Shown: positions 7,817 through 17,469, counted from the first letter of the stretch. The stretch: 42,788 nucleotides of DNA from Candidatus Nanopelagicales bacterium (GCA_032117355.1 JAULZL010000153.1:1-42788); one strand, 5' to 3'. Notes: generated from the letters alone by a model not told the origin. Translations and numbers: made by a program.

Positions 7817-8179
7817 CTAGCGACCCAGTTCGAGAATGGTCGTTGCTAGTGCAACGAGGGTCAGCAGCAACGCAGGTGCGAGATCCTTGACCGGCTGCTT
7901 CACCCGCACGTGGGAAATGACCGCCCCGGCGAAGTAGAGGGTGAGTGCTGCGCCTGAAAGCATGCCGAGGAACGGGATCCAAATACCGATCAGCAGGCCG
8001 AGGGCTCCAAGTAGTTCCAAGATCGCCAGGATGGGAATCTGCGAGTCCTTAACCCCGACGGCGTGCATTGTCTCGACTACTTGCGGCATCCGGCGCAGTT
8101 TGCCGAGAGCCGACATGGTGGCAGCAAGGCCGAGCAGGGTGGCAACGATGATCAGGGCAATGCTCATGGGAGTCCTCAC
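7817..8179 (-). CDS. DoxX family membrane protein
   Basis: The protein is 120 aa with 4 TM segments. The sequence LGKLRRMPQVVETMHAVGV...ILAILELLGALGLLIG...GAALTLYFAGAVISHVR matches the DoxX-like pattern. Confidence 0.82.
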   Translation of the reverse strand: MRTPMSIALIIVATLLGLAATMSALGKLRRMPQVVETMHAVGVKDSQIPILAILELLGALGLLIGIWIPFLGMLSGAALTLYFAGAVISHVRVKQPVKDLAPALLLTLVALATTILELGR

Positions 8180-8472
8180 CTAAAGGCGACGGTGGCGTGT
8201 CGCGACGTGGCTGAACCTTAGGGGGCGTCGCGTGGCCTCACAAAAGGCACATGACTGTGCCTCGTGGCGTCATCAACCCTTGACCGATCCGGCTGGGATG
8301 GTCTTCAAACTCTCGTTCGGAGCCACGTCACCAGTCGAATGCGCTCACTGCATCCCAGTCCGATATGCCTTCGCCGGGCTGCGGATCGTAGGGCCGATCG
8401 ATCAGGTGCTCACACCGGTCTCGGCCGCGTACGCGATTGACCAGAGATCTCGCGGGTTAAAGCACGGCTTGC

Positions 8473-9102
8473 CTACTGACCCTGACTGGCCAGGAAGGCC
8501 TTCAGTTCGACGATCTCTGCGCGCTGGGTCTCAATGATCGTCTGAGCGAGTTCGGCGACTCGCGGGTCATCGGAGTCCTCAACGGCCTCCGCCATGTCGA
8601 TGGCGCCCTCATGGTGCTCGATCATGAACTCGGCGAAAAGGGTGTCGAACTGGGCGCCAGCTGAGTCTGCAAGATCCGCGAGTTGCTCTTCGGTCAACAT
8701 TCCAGACATGCCGTGACCGCCATGGTCTCCCATGGCCTCGCCTCCCGTCATTACGGGCGCATCCCACTCGTTGAGCCAGACGGTCATTAGGTCGATCTCT
8801 GGTTGCTGGGCCTGCTTGATCTCGGCCGCAAGTGCCTTGATCTCGGGGTCCGAGGCCCGAGTCTCAGCGAGGATCGACATCTCCACGGCCTGCTGATGAT
8901 GGGGAATCATCATCTGGGCAAACATGATGTCCGAGCCGGATCCGGAAGAGTTGCCCATGTGATCACCGTCCATGTGATCACCGTCCCCGATACTGATCGA
9001 GCACCCACTGAGCATCAGGGTCGCAGCAACGAGGGCCGATGCCAAGACAGCCCGCAGACTGCGCAGAGGCCGTGGGCTCGTCAACGAGTTCGACTGAGTC
9101 AT
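8473..9102 (-). CDS. DUF305 family lipoprotein (metal-stress associated)
   Basis: The lipobox is LMLSGCS. It has the two DUF305 half-domains FAQMMIPHHQQAVEMS and FMIEHHEGAIDMA, and a His/Asp-rich (DGDHM)x2 linker. Confidence 0.9.
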   Translation of the reverse strand: MTQSNSLTSPRPLRSLRAVLASALVAATLMLSGCSISIGDGDHMDGDHMGNSSGSGSDIMFAQMMIPHHQQAVEMSILAETRASDPEIKALAAEIKQAQQPEIDLMTVWLNEWDAPVMTGGEAMGDHGGHGMSGMLTEEQLADLADSAGAQFDTLFAEFMIEHHEGAIDMAEAVEDSDDPRVAELAQTIIETQRAEIVELKAFLASQGQ

Positions 9103-9166
9103 GCAGACAGTTTGCGCTAGGAAGACTTTTCACGCCACCCGGCGATCTAGCCCATCCGGCGTGGCT

Positions 9167-9631
9167 CTACTGGTCGGTCTTGTGCCTCTTCAATGTCCAG
9201 CGAGCGGTCATGCGCCCGGTCTGCTGGCCATCCGCGTTGGCAATCACAACCGTGATGTCGAACTCAGGACGAGTACCAGACTCGAACTGTGCGCGAACGG
9301 CGCTGGGATCCCCGTTCAGGGTTGCGGTTGCGGTCAGATCCCCCTTGGCGATGGAGAGGAAGTCGATGGTGGCCGTGGTGGGGACGAGTACCGCGCGGTC
9401 GAGCAGGTCCCCGAAGGCGGCCACTGCCACCGCCCCGGTGGCAGACTCCGCGGCTGCGAACATGGCCGCGGCATGTGGGCCGCCGACGTGATTGCGGTAC
9501 GCAGGGAGATCCACGAGCCGGACGACAGCAACCTGATCGGAGACTGACTCATAGACCAAGCCGAGGGTGGCGACCATGGGCACAAGCTGATGCATGAGGG
9601 GCCCGACTTGGTCCCCTGGAATTCCACTCAT
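9167..9631 (-). CDS. hotdog-fold thioesterase (PaaI/DUF4442-like)
   Basis: The sequence NHVGGPHAAAMFAAAESATGAVA...ATIDFLSIAKGDLTATA fits the hotdog thioesterase core pattern. Confidence 0.75.
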   Translation of the reverse strand: MSGIPGDQVGPLMHQLVPMVATLGLVYESVSDQVAVVRLVDLPAYRNHVGGPHAAAMFAAAESATGAVAVAAFGDLLDRAVLVPTTATIDFLSIAKGDLTATATLNGDPSAVRAQFESGTRPEFDITVVIANADGQQTGRMTARWTLKRHKTDQ

Positions 9632-9727
9632 GGTCCAAAGGCTATCGCCCGTCGGCCTTCACGAATCCGGGTCAAGGCCTCGCATGCCGTCCGCCATCAC
9701 GATGGGCGACCTGTAACAATTCCACAC

Positions 9728-11923
9728 ATGTCTGACGTGCCCACCTCCGTGCGGGCACCGGCATTCGAGCGCCTCGGGTCGCTAGTGGTCCGCCGGAAAT
9801 GGCAGGTCCTGATCTCCTACCTGGTTGCCATGGCCGCGTTCGGCATCTTCGGGTCGGGGGTCTTCAGCGCCCTGCAAAGCGAGGGCTTCCTCAACCCCAC
9901 AAGCGATGCGGCAACGGTCGCCACCCTGCTTACCGATGAATTCGGAGTTGAGTCACCGGCTGCGATCCTGCTGGTTGAGTCCACCCAAGGGGTCGACAGC
10001 CCACAGACTCAAGATGAGGTCGGCCTCCTGGTCGCTGATCTGGAGCAGACGCCCGGGATCAGTCGCGTTGTCTCGTATTGGACGAGCGGACAGCCTCCAC
10101 AACTCCTCGGTAGTGACGGGCTGACAAGCCAGGTTCTCGTATACGCGGCCGAGGGAACGCAACTGCGCAGCCTTGCGAATCAGATCGCGCAGGATTTCAT
10201 CGGCCAGCGTGGCGGCCTTCTAATCTACGGATACGGCGGACCTCTCATCGGCCAGGCATTCAACGACGCCGTGACCGAGGATCTCGCCCGAGCCGAGACC
10301 TTCGCGATCCCGATCACACTTATCCTGCTCCTCTTCATCTTCGGCTCGGTGGTGTCGGCCGGCCTTCCCTTCCTGGTCGCCGGAGGAGCAATTCTCGGCT
10401 CCCTTCTCACTCTCTTTTTTGTCTCACAGGTGACGGACGTCTCCGTCTTCGCGCTCAACCTGATTACCGGCCTGGGCCTGGCCCTTGGCATCGACTACTC
10501 ACTACTCGCCATCAATCGATTCCGGGAGGGACTTGCCTCGGGTCTATCCACGGAAGAAGCCGTCGTTAAGACGGTGGCAACGGCCGGCAAGACCGTCTTC
10601 GTGTCGGGCATCACCGTTGCCGTCACCCTGGCGTCGCTGCTGTTCTTCCCGCAGTACTTCCTGAAGTCCTTCGCCTACGCGGGCATCGCGGTGAGCCTGT
10701 TCGCTGTCGTCGGCTCCCTCACCGCACTACCCGCAGTGCTCGCAATCCTTGGCCCGCGTGTGAACAAGCTCAAGGTTCGGCGTGGTGAACTCGCGCCGCG
10801 AGACGATGGTGCGTGGTCTCGCGTCGCCCGATTCGTCATGCGTCGCCCGTGGCCCGTGCTCATCGGGGTCCTCGCACTGCTGTTCGTCATGGCGGCTCCC
10901 GCGCTGCAGGTGACCCTTGGCCAGGTCGATGACCGGGCCCTGCCGCCCGACCAACCCGTGGCAATTGCCGGCGAGGTCCTCCGCGACCGCTTCCCCGGAT
11001 ATGCAAGTTCGCCCTACGACGTTGTGCTACGTGAGCCTGGCTCAACCGAGCAGGTGGAGGGCTACGCCAAGGCATTAGCGGCACTCGACGGTGTCGTCGC
11101 GGTGACCACCCCGGATGCGGTGGTCACCGACTCACTCGTGCAGCCCGCAGCTTCTCCTGCGTCAACCTCGCCCAACGGCGAATACATTCGAATCAGCGTC
11201 ATTGGAGACGTCCCACCCATCGGCCCGCAGGGCGATGCCCTCGTTGCATCAATTCGCGCGGTCCCCGCACCCGCAGATCAAGCCTGGGTGGGCGGATTGG
11301 CTGCAGCCTTCTCCGACGCAGTTGGTGGCATCACGGGTCGGGCACCCGTCGTAGCCCTGTGGATCGGCCTGGCGACCATCGTGATTCTGTTTCTGTACAC
11401 GGGCAGCGTCGTGCTTCCGATCAAGGCAGTCCTCCTCAACCTGCTCAGCCTCTCGGCGACCCTGGGCGCTCTTGTCTGGGTCTTCCAGGGCAATCACCTG
11501 ACCTGGCTCACCGGCAACTACAACCCCACCGGCTCGGTAGACATCTCGACGGTCGCGCTCGTAGCCATCGTGGCCTTTGCCCTGTCCATGGACTACGAGC
11601 TATTCCTGCTGTCCCGGATCAAAGAGGAACACGACGCTGGACGGACGACAGCGGATGCCGTGGCTTTGGGGCTGCAGCGCACCGGTCGAATCATCACCGC
11701 GGCCGCATTGATGATCGCGATCGTCTTCGCTGCCTTCCTCACCAGCGGCGTCACCAACATCAAGCAGTTGGGCTTCGGTGTCACCTTCGCGATCCTGCTC
11801 GATGCCACGATCGTGCGTGGACTACTCGTCCCGGCGTTCATGAGAATCGCTGGAGGCGCCAACTGGTGGGCGCCTCCCTGGCTGAGTCGACTGCATTCCC
11901 GGTTCGGATTGCGGGAAGGCTGA
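9728..11923 (+). CDS. MMPL family (RND superfamily) transporter
   Basis: There are two 6-TM bundles, each followed by a large loop. Motifs include GIDYSLLAINRFRE and SMDYELFLLSRIKEEH. I chose the ATG at 9728 (MSDVPTSVRAPAFERLG) as the start, rather than the track start, which overlaps the divergent gene. Confidence 0.9.
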   Translation: MSDVPTSVRAPAFERLGSLVVRRKWQVLISYLVAMAAFGIFGSGVFSALQSEGFLNPTSDAATVATLLTDEFGVESPAAILLVESTQGVDSPQTQDEVGLLVADLEQTPGISRVVSYWTSGQPPQLLGSDGLTSQVLVYAAEGTQLRSLANQIAQDFIGQRGGLLIYGYGGPLIGQAFNDAVTEDLARAETFAIPITLILLLFIFGSVVSAGLPFLVAGGAILGSLLTLFFVSQVTDVSVFALNLITGLGLALGIDYSLLAINRFREGLASGLSTEEAVVKTVATAGKTVFVSGITVAVTLASLLFFPQYFLKSFAYAGIAVSLFAVVGSLTALPAVLAILGPRVNKLKVRRGELAPRDDGAWSRVARFVMRRPWPVLIGVLALLFVMAAPALQVTLGQVDDRALPPDQPVAIAGEVLRDRFPGYASSPYDVVLREPGSTEQVEGYAKALAALDGVVAVTTPDAVVTDSLVQPAASPASTSPNGEYIRISVIGDVPPIGPQGDALVASIRAVPAPADQAWVGGLAAAFSDAVGGITGRAPVVALWIGLATIVILFLYTGSVVLPIKAVLLNLLSLSATLGALVWVFQGNHLTWLTGNYNPTGSVDISTVALVAIVAFALSMDYELFLLSRIKEEHDAGRTTADAVALGLQRTGRIITAAALMIAIVFAAFLTSGVTNIKQLGFGVTFAILLDATIVRGLLVPAFMRIAGGANWWAPPWLSRLHSRFGLREG

Positions 11924-11969
11924 TCAAAAGGTGCCCCGCACCAAGCCGCTCAACCGATAGCGTGCGGGG

Positions 11970-12422
11970 GTGCGCCGATTCATCGAACTGTCCCGCTACG
12001 TCGTGGCCCTGCCTGCTGTTGGCAGCATCATCGGCTCCTTCGTCCTCATGATCATCGGCCTGTGGGAAATCGGCCGGGCCGTCGTCAACCTGCTCAACTT
12101 CCAGACCGCTCTCAAGGAGTCAGTTGTCGGGATCCTCACCGCGGTGGACACCCTTCTCCTAGCTACCGTCCTACTGGTGATCGGATACGGCTTATACGAG
12201 TTGTTCGTCGATGACACCGTCAAGCTCCCGGCCTGGCTCGAGATTCGATCCCTGGACGACCTGAAGGCCAAGTTGATTGGTGTCGTCGTCGCCATCATCG
12301 CGGTGGTGTTCCTCGGCGCACTCACCGATGCAAAGGATGCCAACGACGTCATGCTCACCGGGATCGGCGCCGGCGTGGTCGTTATCGGTCTGGCGGCCTT
12401 CACCTTCGCTTCGCGCAAATAG
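11970..12422 (+). CDS. YqhA (UPF0114) family membrane protein
   Basis: The sequence VDTLLLATVLLVIGYGLYELFV...PAWLEIRSLDDLKAKL matches the YqhA pattern. Confidence 0.78.
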   Translation: MRRFIELSRYVVALPAVGSIIGSFVLMIIGLWEIGRAVVNLLNFQTALKESVVGILTAVDTLLLATVLLVIGYGLYELFVDDTVKLPAWLEIRSLDDLKAKLIGVVVAIIAVVFLGALTDAKDANDVMLTGIGAGVVVIGLAAFTFASRK

Positions 12423-12428
12423 CAGGCT

Positions 12429-14990
12429 TCAACTTCTCGAGCCGACCGGCAATCCTGATCCACCTGTTGCCCTGATCGCCTTGTAGACCTCGAACCAGAT
12501 GACACCCGCAATGCCGGCTACCACGATCACGAACCCCTCCACCGCCCCAATGACGCCGAAGCCGAAGGCATCTCGCAGGACGGGCACCGCCAAGAGCGCG
12601 ACTAGGACGCCGAGGGCCGCTCCCAGGATCCACTTCAGGGTGCGATTGCTCCGCTGCCGGAAGGAAGCCCATACCGATAGTCGCCATGATCGATTCACCA
12701 GGATGAGAGAGAGATTCCCAATCACCAGGGTGCCGAAACTGACCGACCGCACCACGTCGTCCGGACGCCCACTGGCTATCGCCCACCAGTAGACACAGAG
12801 CACAACCGCCAAAGCGGAGACACCCTGCAGGAGGGAGATTCCCAGAACGCGCCTGCTCAACAGTGGTTCGCCTAGGCGCCGTGGGGGGAGGTCCATGATG
12901 CGCGGATCTCGCTCCTCCGCCTCAAAGACGATGGAGCAGGCTGGGTCGATGATCAACTCGAGGAAGGCGATCTGCAGGGGCAGTAGGACGAGCGGCCAGG
13001 TTGGCCCGAGGACCGGTATCAACGACATTCCAAAGATCACGACATGTACCGCAACCACGTAGGCCATTGCCTTGCGGAGGTTCTCGAAGATGCCCCTCCC
13101 CTGCCTGATCCCTGCCGCAATCGACGTGAAGTCGTCATCGGTGATGACCAGGCCAGCGGCCTCCCGGGCGACATCCGTCCCTCGAGCACCCATTGCAATG
13201 CCGATATCCGCTGCCCGGAGTGCTGGCGCGTCGTTCACTCCATCGCCCGTCATTCCGACGATCTCTCCGTTGGCCTGCAGGGCGCGAATCAACCGGAGTT
13301 TCTGCTCGGGGATCATCCGAGCGAATACGCACACGGTTCGCATGCGTTCGGCAAGTTCCTCATCGGTCAGCGTCTCCAAGTCGACGCCAGTGAGATACCC
13401 GCCAACGAGGTCCAGCCCGATCTCGCGTGCGATGGCAACGGCCGTCCCCGGATAGTCGCCCGTAATCATGACCGTGCGAACTCCCGCGCGCGCACACTCC
13501 GCAACTGCTTCGGCTACACCTGGTCGGACTGGATCGGACAGCCCCGCCAAGCCCAGGTACTCGAACTGGAATTCATGCTGATCCGTTGGCAGGGGCCATT
13601 CCGATCCACATTGCGCCCGGGCCACCGCAAGTACCCGCTGCCCATCAGCCGTTGCCGTCTCCACCTGTGCGGTGATGATCGCGCGCAAGGTTTCATCCGC
13701 GTGGCAGAGGTCAGCGATGGCCTCCGGTGCGCCCTTGGCGGCGATGACGTACCGCGAGTCATCCGGCGAACTCCAGACATGGGATAGCGCCAGCAATCCA
13801 TCGGACAGCGGATATTCGCGCACGATTTTCCAGGACTGGTGCAGGTGTTCAGTGGCGCCCAGGTGTTCGGCGCCGAGCCTGAGGAAGGCCCGGTCCATCG
13901 GATCGAAGGAGTCGGCGGTTGAAGCCAGCACGGCGAACTCGGCAAGGGGGTGGAACTTCTCCGGCAGTTGCTGGCCATCCAGCCGCTGCACCTGGCCCTC
14001 CACGATGAGCTCCCGCACGGTCATCGCATTCATCGTGAGCGTCCCGGTCTTGTCGACGCAGACGACCGTCGCAGAGCCCAGGGTCTCGATGACCGCCGAC
14101 CTGCGGGCCAGCACCCGACTACGTGACATCCGCCAGGCGCCTAGTGCCAGGAAGACGGTAAGGACCACGGGGAATTCCTCGGGCAGCATGGACATCGCCG
14201 TGGCAATGCCGGCGAGTAGTCCCTCGAGCCAATTACCGCGGGTGAGCCCGTAAATAACTACGACGGCAGCGGCAGCCCCAAGACCGAGCACAGCAACGAA
14301 GCGCACCACCCGATCGATTTCGCGCTGGAGTGGCGTGCGACCCGTGTCGATTCCCCGCAGGGCGGTGCCGATGCGGCCAAGCTCGCTACGCGATCCCGTC
14401 GCGGTAACGATCGCTGATCCACGTCCCTTCACCACGAGGGTTCCGGAGAAGAGCCATGGGGTCGCATCGCCACCCGGCTTGCCAGCAGTCTCGGTCAGGT
14501 TCGAGGTGTCCGCTGACTTGCGAACGGGCACGGACTCCCCGGTGAGAGCAGACTCGTCCACCGTCAGGTTGATCGATTCGATCAAGACGCCGTCCGCCGG
14601 GACTCGATCCCCTTCCGTGAGTACGACGAGATCGCCACCTACAACCTCGCGGCCTGGGATGCGGAGCTGCTCACCGTCCCGAACCACCAGGGCACGTGGG
14701 GAAGCGAGATCGCGCAGGGAGGCGAGAGCGTTTTCCGTCTTGCGGGACTGGTAGGTCGAAATCCCGATGACGACGAAGACCGTCAGCATCAGGAGTAGGC
14801 CATCGAGTAACTCGGCGAGGAGGACATTGATCGTGCCCGCTGCCAGCAGGAGGAGGAGCATCGGCTCACGCAGCACATCACCCACCTGAGGAAGGAGGTG
14901 TCGCCGCCCAGCAGTTGGGAGTTCGTTCGGCCCATCGGACACCAGACGTGCCGCCGCCTCCTCGGAGGTCAGCCCACCGCCGGCACCCAC
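12429..14990 (-). CDS. cation-transporting P-type ATPase (P2-like, N-terminal Cation_ATPase_N)
   Basis: Diagnostic motifs are DKTGTLT, MITGDYPGTA and GDGVNDAPAL, with the TGES actuator motif (LTGESVP). The N-terminus is LTSEEAAARLVSDGPNELP. The TM4 motif reads PEEFP. Confidence 0.92.
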   Translation of the reverse strand: MGAGGGLTSEEAAARLVSDGPNELPTAGRRHLLPQVGDVLREPMLLLLLAAGTINVLLAELLDGLLLMLTVFVVIGISTYQSRKTENALASLRDLASPRALVVRDGEQLRIPGREVVGGDLVVLTEGDRVPADGVLIESINLTVDESALTGESVPVRKSADTSNLTETAGKPGGDATPWLFSGTLVVKGRGSAIVTATGSRSELGRIGTALRGIDTGRTPLQREIDRVVRFVAVLGLGAAAAVVVIYGLTRGNWLEGLLAGIATAMSMLPEEFPVVLTVFLALGAWRMSRSRVLARRSAVIETLGSATVVCVDKTGTLTMNAMTVRELIVEGQVQRLDGQQLPEKFHPLAEFAVLASTADSFDPMDRAFLRLGAEHLGATEHLHQSWKIVREYPLSDGLLALSHVWSSPDDSRYVIAAKGAPEAIADLCHADETLRAIITAQVETATADGQRVLAVARAQCGSEWPLPTDQHEFQFEYLGLAGLSDPVRPGVAEAVAECARAGVRTVMITGDYPGTAVAIAREIGLDLVGGYLTGVDLETLTDEELAERMRTVCVFARMIPEQKLRLIRALQANGEIVGMTGDGVNDAPALRAADIGIAMGARGTDVAREAAGLVITDDDFTSIAAGIRQGRGIFENLRKAMAYVVAVHVVIFGMSLIPVLGPTWPLVLLPLQIAFLELIIDPACSIVFEAEERDPRIMDLPPRRLGEPLLSRRVLGISLLQGVSALAVVLCVYWWAIASGRPDDVVRSVSFGTLVIGNLSLILVNRSWRLSVWASFRQRSNRTLKWILGAALGVLVALLAVPVLRDAFGFGVIGAVEGFVIVVAGIAGVIWFEVYKAIRATGGSGLPVGSRS

Positions 14991-15017
14991 ACCCGCATCA
15001 TCCCCCGCAGCAGCGGG

Positions 15018-16361
15018 TCAAGACGGATCGAGTGATTGCCTTCTTCCCAAGCCGAACCTCAGCCCGATCATTGCCAGTCCAGCCACCAGTGCCCCGAAAC
15101 CGGAGATCAGCAAGGGGACTGTCCCAAGCCCTGGGCCAGCCGTCCAAAGCAGCCCGGCCCAGAGCCCGGCAAACAACACCGCTCCACTGGTCAGCGCCTG
15201 GAAGATTCCCTGGGCTCGTCCTCGATGCTCATCGGGGACGAGAGATGAGATCCACGCCTTGCCCACCCCATCGGTGAAGGCCGGGAAGAGGCCGTAGATG
15301 GCGATCAGGACGAAGACCGCCGGACCGCCGCTGACCAGTCCCAGGCCGAGATAGCCAACCGCGAAGGCGAGCAAGCCCACCGCGTATACATACGGCCGCG
15401 GCCAGCGATCAGATAGGGCACCGGCGGGGTAGGCACCCAGGGTGTATACCGCATTGAAGAGCACGTAGGCGAGCACGACCTCGGTGGTCCCGAACCCGAG
15501 GTCCATGACACGCAGGAGTAGCAGGACGTCGGAGAAGTTGACCACGCAGATGCCGACGAGGACGGCCGTCACGAGCCAGAACCTGCGCGGCAATGGCGAG
15601 TGATGATCGTGTTGGGCACGGGAGCCATCCGCAGGCACCGCCGCGCTTGGCGGTGAGGCGTCCTGAACCGGCGGGGACGGTGTCGGGTTCTTCGTCGGGC
15701 TCTTCGTCGGGCTCTTCGTCGGGCTCTGCTGACCGGGCCTTCGAGGCTCCCGAACGAAGAAGACGAGCGCGAAGGACAACCCGGCCGGGATGACTGCCCA
15801 CCACAGGGTGGCCCGAAGGTCATCATCCATGGCGGCGAGGGCCCACAGCCCGAGAAGCGGGCCAATCACCGCACCAAGGCTGTCACCGGCCCGATGAAAT
15901 CCAAAGGCCCGGCCGAGTGCCTCAGGGGGCACCGATGCAGCAATCAGTGCATCGCGGGGAGCCGACCGCATGCCCTTTCCAAACCGGTCGACCACGCGAC
16001 CGAGGAGCACCATGGGCCAGGCCATGGCAGCGGCAACGAGGATCTTGCCCACCGCGGCAAGGCCGTATCCCGCGCCGATGAAGGGCTTGCGACCGCGGTT
16101 GTCAGACCACCGACCCGCCACGTACTTGGTTATCCCCGCAGTGGCATCAGCAAGGCCCTCGATGACCCCGAGGACGACAGGGGGCGCAGCGAGGACACCG
16201 GTCAGCAGCAGAGGAAGGAGCGGGAAGAGCAACTCGCTGGCCGCGTCCTGCATGAAGGAGATCGCGGTGAGAATGACGAGGTTTCCCGTGAGCCAACCCG
16301 GACGCTTCAGCCCGTCGAATCGTCCGAGCCGCCCGATGCCCACGGCCCAACTCAACAGCAT
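15018..16361 (-). CDS. MFS transporter with low-complexity central loop
   Basis: The protein has 12 TM-like segments. The central loop contains QQSPTKSPTKSPTKNPTPSPP. The stop lies 27 nt upstream of the ATPase start. Confidence 0.85.
   Translation of the reverse strand: MLLSWAVGIGRLGRFDGLKRPGWLTGNLVILTAISFMQDAASELLFPLLPLLLTGVLAAPPVVLGVIEGLADATAGITKYVAGRWSDNRGRKPFIGAGYGLAAVGKILVAAAMAWPMVLLGRVVDRFGKGMRSAPRDALIAASVPPEALGRAFGFHRAGDSLGAVIGPLLGLWALAAMDDDLRATLWWAVIPAGLSFALVFFVREPRRPGQQSPTKSPTKSPTKNPTPSPPVQDASPPSAAVPADGSRAQHDHHSPLPRRFWLVTAVLVGICVVNFSDVLLLLRVMDLGFGTTEVVLAYVLFNAVYTLGAYPAGALSDRWPRPYVYAVGLLAFAVGYLGLGLVSGGPAVFVLIAIYGLFPAFTDGVGKAWISSLVPDEHRGRAQGIFQALTSGAVLFAGLWAGLLWTAGPGLGTVPLLISGFGALVAGLAMIGLRFGLGRRQSLDPS
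15685..15732. repeat. 12-bp tandem repeat (about 4 units) inside the MFS loop
   Basis: The plus strand reads gggttcttcgtc gggctcttcgtc gggctcttcgtc gggctctgctga, which encodes (PTKS)n on the minus strand. Confidence 0.8.
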
Positions 16362-16419
16362 GAATCAGTCATGAACACAGGGGGCATCGGGACGAAGGTC
16401 CCTACTTGCGCCCCGCACC

Positions 16420-17469
16420 GTGGCCGACACTGGTGCAATGGTTGCGGACGGCATGCTCGGGAATGGCCACGTTGTGGGTGGCCAACTTGGGAATCGTCAG
16501 CTTGGGGACGGCCAACTTGGGAATCGTCAGCTTGGGGACGGCTCCGAGCCCGCCATCGCCTTCGAGTCGGCAACCAAGCACTACGGACGGCAGGTAGGGA
16601 TCGACGGCTTGACCCTCACGGTTGCAGTCGGCGAGATCGTGGGTCTACTCGGCCCGAATGGGGCTGGCAAGACGACAGCACTTCGCATGCTGCTCGGCCT
16701 CCTGCATCCAACCTCCGGGCGGGCACTCATCGAAGGTGAGGATGTCACCACGGCCGGTCCGCGGCTGCGCGCCTGCGTCGGGTACCTCCCGGGAACCCTT
16801 GAGCTCTATGGCAACCTCACCGGCAGGCGACTCCTCGACTACTTCGCTCGATTGCGACGGCAGGACTGCGGTGCCCAGGCTCGCATACTCGCAGACCGGC
16901 TTGATCTAGACCTGTCCCGTCACGTGCACGATCTCTCACGAGGCAATAAGCAAAAACTCGGTGTCGTCCAGGCATTCATGCATCAGCCCCGCATCCTGGT
17001 CCTCGATGAGCCGACCTCGGGCCTTGATCCACTTGTGCAGCGAGAGTTCGAGGAACTCCTTCGGGAGCATCGGGCAGCTGGCGGTTCTGTCCTGCTGTCA
17101 TCCCATGTTCTCAGCGAGGTGGAGCACCTTGCTGATCGGGTTGCGATTCTTGAGGGCGGCTGCCTGCTCGCCCTCCAAACCGTCGACGCCCTGCGATCGC
17201 GCGCGCTTCGATCCCTCGAGCTGGACTTCCCGCAGCCGATCGATGCGAAGGCCTTCACCGACATTCCAGGAGTTATGAGCGCCACCGCCAATGCAAACAT
17301 CCTCACCTGCGAGGTGATCGGTGAGGAGACGGAGTTGATTCGCCGGTCTGTGGAATTGGGGGTGCGGAGTATTCGATCCCATGAGCCCACCCTGGAGGAG
17401 GCCTTCCTGGCACTGGTCAATGGAGGTGATCCCAATGCTGCTCACCATCGCGAACAGGTCTTGGCGTGA
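16420..17469 (+). CDS. ABC transporter ATP-binding protein (ABC-2 exporter type) with repeat-encoded N-terminal extension
   Basis: Motifs are Walker A GPNGAGKTT, signature LSRGNKQK, Walker B ILVLDEPTSGLD and H-loop SSHVL. No in-frame start codon lies between the repeat and the ATPase core, so the GQLGNRQLGD x2 extension appears to be translated. The exact start is uncertain among 16420, the ATG about 16438 and the ATG about 16453. Confidence 0.88.
   Translation: MADTGAMVADGMLGNGHVVGGQLGNRQLGDGQLGNRQLGDGSEPAIAFESATKHYGRQVGIDGLTLTVAVGEIVGLLGPNGAGKTTALRMLLGLLHPTSGRALIEGEDVTTAGPRLRACVGYLPGTLELYGNLTGRRLLDYFARLRRQDCGAQARILADRLDLDLSRHVHDLSRGNKQKLGVVQAFMHQPRILVLDEPTSGLDPLVQREFEELLREHRAAGGSVLLSSHVLSEVEHLADRVAILEGGCLLALQTVDALRSRALRSLELDFPQPIDAKAFTDIPGVMSATANANILTCEVIGEETELIRRSVELGVRSIRSHEPTLEEAFLALVNGGDPNAAHHREQVLA
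16480..16539. repeat. perfect 2 x 30-bp tandem duplication (each unit is itself 2 x about 15 bp)
   Basis: The unit ggccaacttgggaatcgtcagcttggggac is read twice back to back. Confidence 0.9.

Noticed and set aside
8245-8262. The inverted repeat aggcaca-tgac-tgtgcct, 66-83 nt upstream of the DoxX gene, as an operator
   Set aside because: A 7-bp stem is short enough to arise by chance in a 290-nt intergenic region. No partner regulator gene is adjacent, so the evidence is insufficient to annotate it.
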